Shown here: positions 6,880 through 15,855 of the stretch, piece after piece
Position numbering within the stretch: position 1 is the stretch's first letter
Layout of the letters: every line of letters starts with the position of its first letter
NCBI GenBank assembly: GCA_048881705.1
Contig: JBHLSH010000076.1
Coordinates: 1-18,318, forward strand
DNA length: 18,318 nt
Reading direction: 5' to 3'
From: Candidatus Heimdallarchaeota archaeon
GTDB taxonomy: Archaea > Asgardarchaeota > Heimdallarchaeia > Hodarchaeales > Hodarchaeaceae
Translations under genes and position numbers: made by a program
Notes under the pieces: generated by a model
What the model was told of the DNA's origin: nothing
Databases searched by the model: none
The model's input: only the letters and a program-made list of their open reading frames with translations

Positions 6880-7059
6880 AGGATCCGATGTGGATGCGAA
6901 GAAACTTATAATTTCTTCACAATTATTGTAGAATAGGCACATGATGCTTCCCCGTATCGCTAGGTCATATCACAAACCTCACATGTAAAGAAGGATGAAA
7001 ATTCTACAAATTTCTAGAGAAAGGAAACTTTTCTCCTATTCACTGCCATAAATCTAAGA

Positions 7060-7344
7060 ATGTGCATAAAAATGTCTTCTTCAGAAAATGCATTGCCCCA
7101 TAATACGGGATATCGGAATCGTTTTGGTTTTCGAGGGATTATTATCGCGATACTTGCAGCATTTGTAACAGCATTTGTACTCTTTATCTTTTCACCCTTA
7201 TTTCCCATAAATATTTTTGATGGTGTAATGGGTTATGTTTCCTTTGGGGGAATTATTATCCTTTCATATATATTCTATCTATTCCTACCCCAGGATAATG
7301 GAAGGGCACTTGAATCATCACAAGATGAAAATAAAGTACGCTAG
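7060..7344 (+). CDS. Small hypothetical membrane protein with two TM helices (start 7060 or 7072)
   Basis: Hydrophobic segments GIIIAILAAFVTAFVLFIFSPLF and VMGYVSFGGIIILSYIFYLFLP; fills the gap ahead of the acyltransferase. Confidence 0.7.
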   Translation: MCIKMSSSENALPHNTGYRNRFGFRGIIIAILAAFVTAFVLFIFSPLFPINIFDGVMGYVSFGGIIILSYIFYLFLPQDNGRALESSQDENKVR

Positions 7345-7356
7345 AGGTAATATCGA

Positions 7357-8091
7357 TTGGTTCACCTGAGTACTGGATATCGCTCCCAGCGAGCAACCGT
7401 ACATTCCTCACTTATTGCCGTCAGTGTCCTTTTGATTGGACCGTCATCAATCGGAAAAAGCTCGATTCTCGACCCTTTTGTCATCATTGGGTATCCAATA
7501 CGGACAAAAATGCAGAGAATCATGGCTCAAGATCAAAGAACCGAATCCCTAGAAGAACTATTTGATCAGGTCTCAACAGGAGCAACTATCGGAAGTAAAA
7601 ACCACATTAGGGCTTTTACCACGGTGTACGAGGATTCTTGTCTCGAGGATGGGGTTGAGACTGGCACGAATGTGACAATCAGGGAGGACTGCTACATCGG
7701 GGCCAACAGCATCATTGGCAGTGGCAGTATACTGGATAGTGGTGTTCACATTGGAGATAACGCCAGGATACAATCAAGTACATTCATACCTCCAAAGGTA
7801 AGGCTAGGTCGAAACGTCTTCTTAGGGCCGGCAGTACGATTTGCCAATGACAAATACCCCGTAAGTTCCCGTTTGATTGATACCGAAGTTGAAGACGGGG
7901 TTATCATAGGAATGGGAGCTTTGATCATGGCTGGAATAACTATTGGCCAAAATGCAGTTGTAGCTGCTGGTTCTATCGTCACAAAGAACGTTCCAGAGGC
8001 CCAGGTAGTGATGGGAGCCCCAGCACGACTTCTTATGACCCGAGAAGAATATGATCAAAAACAAGAAGAGTACAAATCATTAGGTGACTAG
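7357..8091 (+). CDS. Hexapeptide-repeat (left-handed beta-helix) acyltransferase, WbpD/WlbB-like sugar N-acetyltransferase family
   Basis: Repeated [LIV]G hexapeptides; VFLGPAVRFANDKYP and AVVAAGSIVTKNVP...VMGAPAR; SD GAGGT 8 nt before the TTG start. Confidence 0.85.
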   Translation: MVHLSTGYRSQRATVHSSLIAVSVLLIGPSSIGKSSILDPFVIIGYPIRTKMQRIMAQDQRTESLEELFDQVSTGATIGSKNHIRAFTTVYEDSCLEDGVETGTNVTIREDCYIGANSIIGSGSILDSGVHIGDNARIQSSTFIPPKVRLGRNVFLGPAVRFANDKYPVSSRLIDTEVEDGVIIGMGALIMAGITIGQNAVVAAGSIVTKNVPEAQVVMGAPARLLMTREEYDQKQEEYKSLGD

Positions 8092-8387
8092 ATAAAGGAG
8101 CATTTGCAGGGATTTTCTTCACATCTTGGACATTGGTCTGGATATTTTTCCCATGCAGCAGCCTCTAAATCAATATCAAGAAGATTAGAAACCGAACATA
8201 GCCAGGCAAACACATCTGCAACCTCTTCTCGAATTCCGTGGCGACTTCCTTCAAGATAAGCTTTCATTAATTCACCTATTTCGGTTTGTAGCCAGATCAA
8301 ACTTCGTTCAAGTCCACGTTTACGATCCCGCTCTAGATATAGGTCTGCCATTAATGTTTGAAACTGTTGAATCGTTTTCTGTACCAA
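8088..8387 (-). CDS. mazG: MazG-like NTP pyrophosphohydrolase (archaeal short form with C-terminal Cys cluster)
   Basis: WLQTEIGEL (ExxE) and EEVADVFAWL (ExxD); C-terminal CPRC...PCKC; SD AGGAG upstream of the TTG start. Confidence 0.88.
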   Translation of the reverse strand: MVQKTIQQFQTLMADLYLERDRKRGLERSLIWLQTEIGELMKAYLEGSRHGIREEVADVFAWLCSVSNLLDIDLEAAAWEKYPDQCPRCEENPCKCSFI

Positions 8388-8411
8388 TTGCCTGTCTCCT
8401 GTAAGATCTCT

Positions 8412-9434
8412 TCAAGAGTTGTTCAATGAAAGCGATGAATGATCTCCGATGTTGAGATCGGAGAGTCCGCCAACCATCTTAACTTCGTCTCCAATCACCG
8501 AGTCATGAATACTAACATTCATAAGCTTAGAGAACATCCCAACAATTGACGACGAAATAATTCCCCGGTTAACCTCTGTACCCTTTGCAATACTTACATA
8601 GGGGCCGATTATAGAATTTACGATTTGACAATCGGAATCAATGGCGACTGGAGGGATAATTATTGTATTGTCCAGTTTACTATCAATAGTCGGTTGCCGC
8701 TTTTTATTGAGAACGTATTCATGTGCGCCTAAGAGCGCCTCTTTCCTGCCGCAGTCGAACCACTGTCCTGAATCTACGGATCCAAGGGAAAATCCCTGAG
8801 TTATCATCATTTGAAGAGCATCTGTCAGTTGTAGTTCTCCTCCTGTACCTCTTTGATTCTGTTTGACAAGCTCCTGTAAGCATTCTTTCAATGCCAATGA
8901 ATTACGGATAAAATAAACTCCTGTTATGGCATTTGAAGAGCTAGGATTCTTTGGTTTTTCTTCCAATCGTTTTATGAGATTAGTACCTTCCTGCGTAACT
9001 GCAATCCCATAATTTTGAGGATCTGGTACCGATCTAACTGTAATCGCACCAACTAACTCTGGGTATTGATTGAAATCAGTAATCATTGCGTGAAAAGATT
9101 TTTCGTACAGACTATCGCCTAGAACGATGAGGACAGGGTCTCCATCTAAATAATCCCCAGCCAGATAAATCGCATGGCCCAACCCCCGCCTTTCATTTTG
9201 TTCGATGAATTTCACTGAACACACTGTATCGTAGTTGGTTTCTACATATGCCTTTAGTTTCTCTTTTTCATAACCAACTATGATAACAAAGTCATTGATA
9301 CCCGCATCTAGAACATCATCCATGATGTGTGATATGATCGGTTTGTTTGCCAACGTGAGAAGGGCCTTAGGTTTAGTATGTGTATGGGGACGTAACCGAG
9401 TTCCAGCTCCTGCCGCAGGAATAATACAACGCAT
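8412..9434 (-). CDS. Sugar-1-phosphate nucleotidyltransferase, long RmlA/GCD1-type with C-terminal LbH repeats (glucose-1-P thymidylyltransferase-like); ORF track start 9443
   Basis: IIPAAGAGTRLRPHTHTKPKALL, GLGHAI, LGD, EEKP, GELQLTDA, WFDCG. SD GGAGTGA favours ATG 9434. Confidence 0.9.
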   Translation of the reverse strand: MRCIIPAAGAGTRLRPHTHTKPKALLTLANKPIISHIMDDVLDAGINDFVIIVGYEKEKLKAYVETNYDTVCSVKFIEQNERRGLGHAIYLAGDYLDGDPVLIVLGDSLYEKSFHAMITDFNQYPELVGAITVRSVPDPQNYGIAVTQEGTNLIKRLEEKPKNPSSSNAITGVYFIRNSLALKECLQELVKQNQRGTGGELQLTDALQMMITQGFSLGSVDSGQWFDCGRKEALLGAHEYVLNKKRQPTIDSKLDNTIIIPPVAIDSDCQIVNSIIGPYVSIAKGTEVNRGIISSSIVGMFSKLMNVSIHDSVIGDEVKMVGGLSDLNIGDHSSLSLNNS

Positions 9435-9605
9435 CGTGTTCACTCCAATACCAGGCGGCCTTCGATTTCTATTGAATCAAGATCAGCCGCGGGTGTGATC
9501 CTTCCATCAAAACGTTTATTCAAAACTCTTTATTTTACCACTTCTTGATAATAGTTTCATCTAAGATTTTGTCTGTGGAATAAAAGGGCAATTTAGGTAA
9601 CAATT

Positions 9606-10640
9606 ATGGTTTCATTCGCTGTTTTAATCCTTGTACTCCTGGCTTTCGTGATTTCAGGCTTTCTATCTCGCCTTCTCCTCCCTTGGATTATAAAAGCCTC
9701 TTTAAACAGGGATATTACAACGATAGATGCCCACAAACCCGAAAAACCTATCATTGCTGAACCTGGAGGATTGGCTCCGTTGCTTGCAACAATTTTCACC
9801 ATTCTCATCTTAGTTTTCTCTTGGGAGTATATCACTCCAGAATTGGCTCCTAATCCTCAAGTATTTCAACCCCTCTTGGCGGGACTACTTAGTGTGGTCA
9901 TTGCAGGCCTCATTGGCTTTTTAGATGACGTATTTCGTATTAGCTGGCGGGCAAAGCTGTTGCTGGGGTTTTTACCTGCTTTTCCACTTATGGCCTTAGA
10001 AGTAGGAAAGAGTACAGTAGGTCTTGGCCCTCTTGGTGTTCTCGATCTTCGCTTTATCGTAGGTACCCTAAATCTCAACCTCTATAGCCTGATTATAATT
10101 CCGCTCGCTGTCAATTTTGCTTTCAATTCCTTCAATATGTTCGCAGGATTTAATGGATTAGAAACAGGAAACGGTACTATTTCGTTGTTTGCCATTCTGT
10201 TGCTATCACTTATTGTGGAAAATCCAATCGTAGCTTTATTTAGCTCCGCACTCTTGGGAGGATTCATTGTTATCTTATGGTTTAATTGGTATCCAGCCCG
10301 TACCTTGATAGGGGATACGGGGACATTAACTTTAGGCACAGGAATTATTGTGGCAATAATCATAGGGAATATGGATCGATTAGCTCTTGGTTTATTTGGA
10401 CTCCATTTCTTAAATTTCGTATTGTTCCTGGGTTACCTCTATACGCGACAGACAGAAAAAATTGCTTCGATCGATAATGATGGTAATATAGTGGCCCCCA
10501 GTCCCTTTACCGTATATTGGCTCCTCCCGTATTACTTGAAAAATATAGGAGAACGCAAAAATGTTTTGCTTCTCTTGTTAGCTCATACGATCATTGTTAG
10601 TATTGTTTTCCTTCTCTCTCTGCCAATCTACTCTTCATAA
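9606..10640 (+). CDS. aglH: UDP-GlcNAc:dolichyl-phosphate GlcNAc-1-phosphotransferase (AglH/Alg7/DPAGT1-like, glycosyltransferase family 4)
   Basis: Polytopic membrane protein; DAHKPEKP...EPGG, GFLDD, NSFNMFAGFNGLE, FNWYPAR..IGDTGT motifs. Confidence 0.88.
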   Translation: MVSFAVLILVLLAFVISGFLSRLLLPWIIKASLNRDITTIDAHKPEKPIIAEPGGLAPLLATIFTILILVFSWEYITPELAPNPQVFQPLLAGLLSVVIAGLIGFLDDVFRISWRAKLLLGFLPAFPLMALEVGKSTVGLGPLGVLDLRFIVGTLNLNLYSLIIIPLAVNFAFNSFNMFAGFNGLETGNGTISLFAILLLSLIVENPIVALFSSALLGGFIVILWFNWYPARTLIGDTGTLTLGTGIIVAIIIGNMDRLALGLFGLHFLNFVLFLGYLYTRQTEKIASIDNDGNIVAPSPFTVYWLLPYYLKNIGERKNVLLLLLAHTIIVSIVFLLSLPIYSS

Positions 10641-10676
10641 TTCCGTGCAACACTAGAAGAAACCTTTCATGAAAAT

Positions 10677-12296
10677 GTGAATATCTTGGCCGTCCAAACA
10701 ATATTATCGAAGGCTTTAACGGAGTTAGCACAAACGATCGTTCGTGAACCCAGTTTGGCCAAATCTCAAATGGAGGGATTGAAACGAAGTATTGCAAAAC
10801 GGTATGGTCTCAACCGTTTTGTCCGAAATTCCGAAATCATTGAACACGTGGTTGAATCCGATTTATTTAGTGAACAAGACAAAGAATATTTGATTGAATT
10901 CCTGAAAGTGCGTCGAGTTCGAACCCTTAGTGGCATAGCAGTGGTCGCAGTAATGACCAAACCCCTGCCCTGTCCAGGTAAGTGTATTTATTGCCCGGAT
11001 GTAGATGGAGCACCCAAAGCATATACAGGAAAAGAGCCTGCGGCCATGAGGGGAGCCCAAAATGATTTTCATCCAGAAAGGCAAGTTCTTACCCGTTTGT
11101 CTCAGTTAGAAAGCATTGGGCACCAGTTGGATAAGATTCATCTCGTAATAATGGGGGGAACGTTTCTAGCTACTTCTAAGAACTATCAGGAGTATTTTGT
11201 TAAAGGATGTTTGGATGGAATCACGAAAGTCCAATCGAAGTCCCTTGAGGAAGCGCAAAGATTCGCCGAAATAAGTAAACAGAGAAACGTGGGGATTACT
11301 ATTGAAACTCGTCCTGACTACTGTACCCCACGGCATGTCAATCGAATTCTTGAATTGGGTGGTACTTTTGTTGAGATCGGGGTTCAGACCTTGTCACAAA
11401 CTGTCTTGGATAAAGTTAAGCGGCATCATACGCTAGAAGATGTTGAAGAAGCTATAAGGAGTGCCCGGGATGGTGGATTGAAAGTGGCAGTCCATATGAT
11501 GCCTAATCTTTTTCATACTCCTGAAGACGATGTTACAATGTTTAAGCTACTATACAGTGATCCTCGCTTTGTCCCTGACGCGGTAAAAATTTATCCCACC
11601 TTGGTCCTTGAAAATACTTACCTACATAAGCTTTGGCAGACCCAGGAATACATTCCGTATGATACAGATCAGGTGGTGGATGTAATCGCTCAAATCAAAG
11701 CCATTACTCCTCCATTTGTACGTATCCAGCGTGTGCAACGTGATATCCCCGCCTACCTGATTCTTGATGGGGTTAGTCGGGGTAACCTTCGGGAAATGGC
11801 CCAATTTAAACTCAAACAAAACGACCAGCGCTGCTCGTGCATCAGATGTAGGGAGGTGGGGCATCAAACCAATCTTGGGAATCTTGACTGGATGGAGAAA
11901 GACAAATCTTTGCATACTTATGAATATCCAGCCTCAGAAGGAATCGAACATTTCATTACTTACGAAACCACGGATCACGAGACCCTATTTGGCTTTCTCC
12001 GCCTACGTGAGCCATCTATCGATGCCTTCAGACCAGAAATCCAAAGTATTTCCACCAGTATTATTCGAGAACTGCATGTCTACGGACGATTGGTAGGTCT
12101 CGGAAAATTTCCCCGTAATGCAACTGATTGGCAGCATCGAGGAATAGGGAAAAAATTGATTTCCAAAGCTGAAGAAATTTCCTTAGAGCGAGGATTTGAA
12201 AAAATCTTAGTCACTTCTGGCCTTGGAGTTCGAAATTATTACAGAAAGCTTGGATTTCATACTGATGGCGTTTATATGGGAAAAATGTTAAAATGA
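10677..12296 (+). CDS. elp3: Elongator protein 3, tRNA uridine(34) acetyltransferase (radical SAM + KAT domains)
   Basis: CPGKCIYC (CxxxCxxC), MGGTF, IETRPD, VEIGVQT, KIYPTLV, RIQRVQRDIP, CIRCRE, RELHVYG, QHRGIGK, GVRNYYRKLG. Confidence 0.96.
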   Translation: MNILAVQTILSKALTELAQTIVREPSLAKSQMEGLKRSIAKRYGLNRFVRNSEIIEHVVESDLFSEQDKEYLIEFLKVRRVRTLSGIAVVAVMTKPLPCPGKCIYCPDVDGAPKAYTGKEPAAMRGAQNDFHPERQVLTRLSQLESIGHQLDKIHLVIMGGTFLATSKNYQEYFVKGCLDGITKVQSKSLEEAQRFAEISKQRNVGITIETRPDYCTPRHVNRILELGGTFVEIGVQTLSQTVLDKVKRHHTLEDVEEAIRSARDGGLKVAVHMMPNLFHTPEDDVTMFKLLYSDPRFVPDAVKIYPTLVLENTYLHKLWQTQEYIPYDTDQVVDVIAQIKAITPPFVRIQRVQRDIPAYLILDGVSRGNLREMAQFKLKQNDQRCSCIRCREVGHQTNLGNLDWMEKDKSLHTYEYPASEGIEHFITYETTDHETLFGFLRLREPSIDAFRPEIQSISTSIIRELHVYGRLVGLGKFPRNATDWQHRGIGKKLISKAEEISLERGFEKILVTSGLGVRNYYRKLGFHTDGVYMGKMLK

Positions 12297-12397
12297 TGTA
12301 ATTTATCTTTTGTTGCTATCAAATTCACTTTTAGATCAGAAAGAAAAGACTTTTTCGCAGCAGACAATGTGGATAGAAGCTCGAATTCCTCTGTTAT

Positions 12398-13303
12398 TCA
12401 CTCTAACCGAGCAAGCATGTCCCATTCATGCTGTAAATCGGCCTGCAATGCCTCAATTTGTTGAGGAGACATGCTTTCAAACCGGCCCTGGAGTTTCAAA
12501 TATTCTGTAATCGGAACACGCTTTTCAGGATCACGATATTTGGCAAATTTTTTAGTAAAAGTTAGGGCCCCGTTTTCGATTTCATACATAGGAAAATATC
12601 CTGTTTTCACTGCTAATTGTCCCAGCCTTGGGGTCAAAGCAGGATCAGAGTACCAGCCTGTCGGGCAGGGCGCGTCAATAAGAATGAAGCGATATCCTGA
12701 CATGCTGTTAGCCTTACGAATTTTTGCGATTAGATCTCGAGGATATCCTGCTGTAGTGGTAGCAACATAAGGAACGTCATGGGCCGCTATTATCCGTGTG
12801 ATGCTCTTACGACTTTCTTTTTTACCTTTAGGTGTGGTTGTAGTTACCGCTCCACGAGGGGTAGCTCCAGATCTTTGGGCTCCAGTGTTTGAGTAAAATC
12901 CGTTATCATAACATACATGAATAATATCCTCGTTCCGCTCAGCCGCTCCAGACAGGGTCGCAAGCCCAATATCGTATGTACCCCCATCTCCACTCCATAC
13001 AACAACCGTAGCATTCTCACCTCGCATTTTTTTTGCACGAGCTATGCCAGAGGCAGCACTAGCATGAGCAGCAAACGCAATGTTTAGGGTGGGTACACCA
13101 TAGGTCACATGGGGATGATTACTTTGAACTACCGATGCACAGCAAGCGGGGATTACCACTATGGGGCGTTCAATGGCCGCTATGGCGTGTCGATAAGCGA
13201 TAGTGAGTCCGCACCCAGAACACGCGAAATTCCCTCGGAGGAGCACTCCCGGATCATTTTCTACCAATTGTTTGATATTAACAGCCATTTTCGTTTTCTC
13301 CAT
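12398..13303 (-). CDS. porB: 2-oxoacid:ferredoxin oxidoreductase beta subunit (POR/VOR family); likely start ATG 13288
   Basis: ACSGCG, PACC, GDGG...DIG (TPP-binding), YSNTGAQRS, PCPTGW. Confidence 0.93.
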   Translation of the reverse strand: MEKTKMAVNIKQLVENDPGVLLRGNFACSGCGLTIAYRHAIAAIERPIVVIPACCASVVQSNHPHVTYGVPTLNIAFAAHASAASGIARAKKMRGENATVVVWSGDGGTYDIGLATLSGAAERNEDIIHVCYDNGFYSNTGAQRSGATPRGAVTTTTPKGKKESRKSITRIIAAHDVPYVATTTAGYPRDLIAKIRKANSMSGYRFILIDAPCPTGWYSDPALTPRLGQLAVKTGYFPMYEIENGALTFTKKFAKYRDPEKRVPITEYLKLQGRFESMSPQQIEALQADLQHEWDMLARLE

Positions 13304-13313
13304 TGTTCATATG

Positions 13314-14462
13314 TTAGATGATACTTTCAACTTCGTTGGCGATATCTAGGTGAGTCACATTCATTCCACCAAGTCCCAAGATCTTTTGATGGAATTCTAG
13401 GTCTATTCTTTGAGCAAACAATTCTGCCTGGACTTCAATCGCCATCTGTCCAGCGTTACCATATGAAACAGCCCGATCAATCACCAGTAACTTCGGAATT
13501 TTTCTTAAATACCTAATTAGCTCTTTTTTAGGGAACGGACGAAATACTCGTGGACGAATGACTACAGCGTTAATTCCCTTCTCAGCTAGTAGGTCTAATG
13601 AATTTTCTGCTTCCTCACCCAGTGTTCCAAGGGCCATGATACCTATTTCCGCCTCTCCGATATCTCCTGTTATTTCAATCATTTCTCGTTGTAAGCGCCC
13701 AATTTTCATACCAAATTCCTCAAAGATTTCGGGAATGAGAAGTCTTGCATTTTCAAAACCCGTAATCAATGACATTCTCTGTTCCCATATTCCCTCGGCA
13801 TTTGTTAGGGAACCATGAGCAAATGGTGCATCAGGATCGAGCAGAACTAATGGCTTGAACGGAGGTAGAAAATTATCGACCTGTTTTTGAGTTGGCACTT
13901 CTACCTGTGCAGATGTATGGCTAAGAACAAATCCATCTAGGCATACCATGACAGGCATTGAAATTTTGGGGTGTTCACCAATTTTAAAGGCGCAGATGGT
14001 AAGATCCATCACTTCCTGATTGTTTTTGGCATACAATTGAATCCACCCAGCATCACGGAAGGCCATTGAGTCATGGTGATCGGGCCAAATATTCCACGGG
14101 TTTAATGATCGATTTACAACCGGCATGATTATAGGTACTCTTGTCATGCCAGCCCAAAAACACAATTCGCCCATATACAACAAACCATGAGAGCTAGTGG
14201 CAGTTACAGTCCGAACACCACCGAGAGATGCCCCAATACACGCACCCATGGCACTATGCTCGCTTTCGACCGCAATATATTCCGCATTCAGTTCTCCTGA
14301 CTCAACCATCTCCGAAAGAGATTCAACAATGGGTGTCTGTGGAGTGATCGGATAAGCTGCAATGACCTGAGGGCGGGAAAGTTTAATCGCTCTAGCTACG
14401 GCTTCCCCTCCCGTCATGAGCTCGGTTTTCATTGCATTGGGTTTTTCTAGTGATTGCACCAT
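13314..14462 (-). CDS. porA: 2-oxoacid:ferredoxin oxidoreductase alpha subunit
   Basis: AAYPITPQT, ESEHSAM, TATSSHGL, VNRS, DGFVLSH; SD AGGTGA upstream. Confidence 0.94.
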   Translation of the reverse strand: MVQSLEKPNAMKTELMTGGEAVARAIKLSRPQVIAAYPITPQTPIVESLSEMVESGELNAEYIAVESEHSAMGACIGASLGGVRTVTATSSHGLLYMGELCFWAGMTRVPIIMPVVNRSLNPWNIWPDHHDSMAFRDAGWIQLYAKNNQEVMDLTICAFKIGEHPKISMPVMVCLDGFVLSHTSAQVEVPTQKQVDNFLPPFKPLVLLDPDAPFAHGSLTNAEGIWEQRMSLITGFENARLLIPEIFEEFGMKIGRLQREMIEITGDIGEAEIGIMALGTLGEEAENSLDLLAEKGINAVVIRPRVFRPFPKKELIRYLRKIPKLLVIDRAVSYGNAGQMAIEVQAELFAQRIDLEFHQKILGLGGMNVTHLDIANEVESII

Positions 14463-14476
14463 TTTCCCTTCATCAC

Positions 14477-14755
14477 CTACTCTGGCTCCATCCAGAGTGC
14501 TTTCTCCTTAGGACATACTTCAACACAGATTCCGCATCCCTTACAATATTGATAATCCACGTAGGGATATTCATCTGGACCATCAACACGAATAGTATCT
14601 TCTGGGCAATTTAGCCAGCAAAAGTAGCATTTGGTGCAAGCTTCTTCTGCTAGAACAGGTTTTTCCGTTCGCCAATCCCCTGTGTTACCAGCGGAACCAA
14701 TTGTAGGTTTTCCCAATGGAAAAACTGGATCGGCCATTTCTTTTTCATGACTCAT
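14477..14755 (-). CDS. porD: 2-oxoacid:ferredoxin oxidoreductase delta subunit (2x[4Fe-4S])
   Basis: TGDWRTEKP; CTKCYFCWLNCP and CKGCGICVEVCP. Confidence 0.94.
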   Translation of the reverse strand: MSHEKEMADPVFPLGKPTIGSAGNTGDWRTEKPVLAEEACTKCYFCWLNCPEDTIRVDGPDEYPYVDYQYCKGCGICVEVCPKEKALWMEPE

Positions 14756-14784
14756 TTCTATAAAACCCGCTTGTTATTAAATTT

Positions 14785-15351
14785 TCAATTATAAAATCTA
14801 AACTTCTCATAAGCGTCTCTAATGGACTTAATATTAGCATCGGTCAACTTACCCTCGCCAAACTGATATTTAACAGCTTTAATAAGTGACTCCAAAGAAA
14901 CGATACCAGTGGCCTTCGCCCATGCTCCAAGCATAGTCGTACTAACCAAAACTGTTCCTGATCGAATCAATCCGCATTCTCGGGCAATCGTTACAGCATC
15001 TACCGTCCCCACTTTCAAATTCTCATGCGCTTTGAGGACGGGGGGGATTTCTTCTGAATTTACGATAATTATCGCTCCAGGTTTTAATTCATCAAAAGGT
15101 ATGTTATTGACCAGGGAAGGTTCGAAAACAATCCATGAATGGGCATTGGAGGCAATTACAGGGGCATGGGTTTTCACATGTTCATCTCCGATTCGGACAT
15201 CCGCAAAAATCGGTGCCCCTTTTCGTTCGGCCCCATACTTCGGGATGGCCTGAACGAACTTGCCATCAGTATGTCCAGCATAAGCTAACAGCTTTGCACC
15301 CATTACACCGCCTTGTCCACCTCTGCTAAGAATTCTGATCTCGGTGATCAT
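14785..15351 (-). CDS. porG: 2-oxoacid:ferredoxin oxidoreductase gamma subunit
   Basis: EIRILSRGGQGG, PKYGAERKGAP, VDAVTIA, TTMLGA; SD GGAGA upstream. Confidence 0.93.
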   Translation of the reverse strand: MITEIRILSRGGQGGVMGAKLLAYAGHTDGKFVQAIPKYGAERKGAPIFADVRIGDEHVKTHAPVIASNAHSWIVFEPSLVNNIPFDELKPGAIIIVNSEEIPPVLKAHENLKVGTVDAVTIARECGLIRSGTVLVSTTMLGAWAKATGIVSLESLIKAVKYQFGEGKLTDANIKSIRDAYEKFRFYN

Positions 15352-15643
15352 TTTTGTCTCTCCATTAACAAGATTAGTCCGACCAATCTAACTCGCCATT
15401 TCCTCGGCAAACCGATTCTTGATATTCTTCCGAAAGCACAATTTTCCTTTTTCTCCAGAATTATTCTTCTACCTTTAATCAGCCATTCAATAATTCTTTA
15501 GCTCAATCGTGCGTGATGATGGAGAAGAATAATGCCTGTCCGGTCTAAAGATACTAGTTAAGGGGATTTTCTCGGCCCTCTCTGTTGTCGCTGACCTCGG
15601 CAGAAATTCATAGATCAAAACAGGCAAATCTTGTCAGTTTAAA

Positions 15644-15660
15644 GTTTATAAGATTCTTTT
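15644..15660 (-). promoter_or_regulatory. Putative BRE + TATA box for the oxidoreductase operon
   Basis: Minus strand reads AAAAGAATC-TTATAAAC, about 290 nt upstream of the gamma-subunit start. Confidence 0.45.
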
Positions 15661-15855
15661 TTATCAATTTCCTTTTCTATTATTAATTCTCCAAAAACGG
15701 TGGATAATGGTGAGATTTCACTCCCTGTTCGCCCATCGGTACTGTTCCGGGGGATAGAACAGCAGGGAAAACATAAATTATCACGATTTTTTCCACGCTC
15801 TTGATTAATAATTCACGCATTCGGATTATGTTGAAAAATGACGTGAATATCGGCG

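Noticed and set aside
10669-10680. Mini-ORF ATG-AAA-ATG-TGA overlapping the elp3 GTG start
   Set aside because: Three-codon ORFs arise readily by chance and the true elp3 start is uncertain; there is no evidence of function or frameshift.
12310-12510. 66-aa plus-strand ORF after elp3
   Set aside because: More than half is antisense to the porB 3' end; no motif and no SD.
15313-15501. 62-aa plus-strand ORF upstream of porG
   Set aside because: It overlaps the porG start antisense, has no family signal and lies in the presumed leader.
15545-15580. CCGAGAAAAUCCC on the minus strand resembling the TPP riboswitch CUGAGA...ACCC element upstream of a TPP-dependent enzyme
   Set aside because: The conserved UGAGA is altered, and the P2 5' strand and CCUGAU/AAU/GCG P4-P5 elements are missing.
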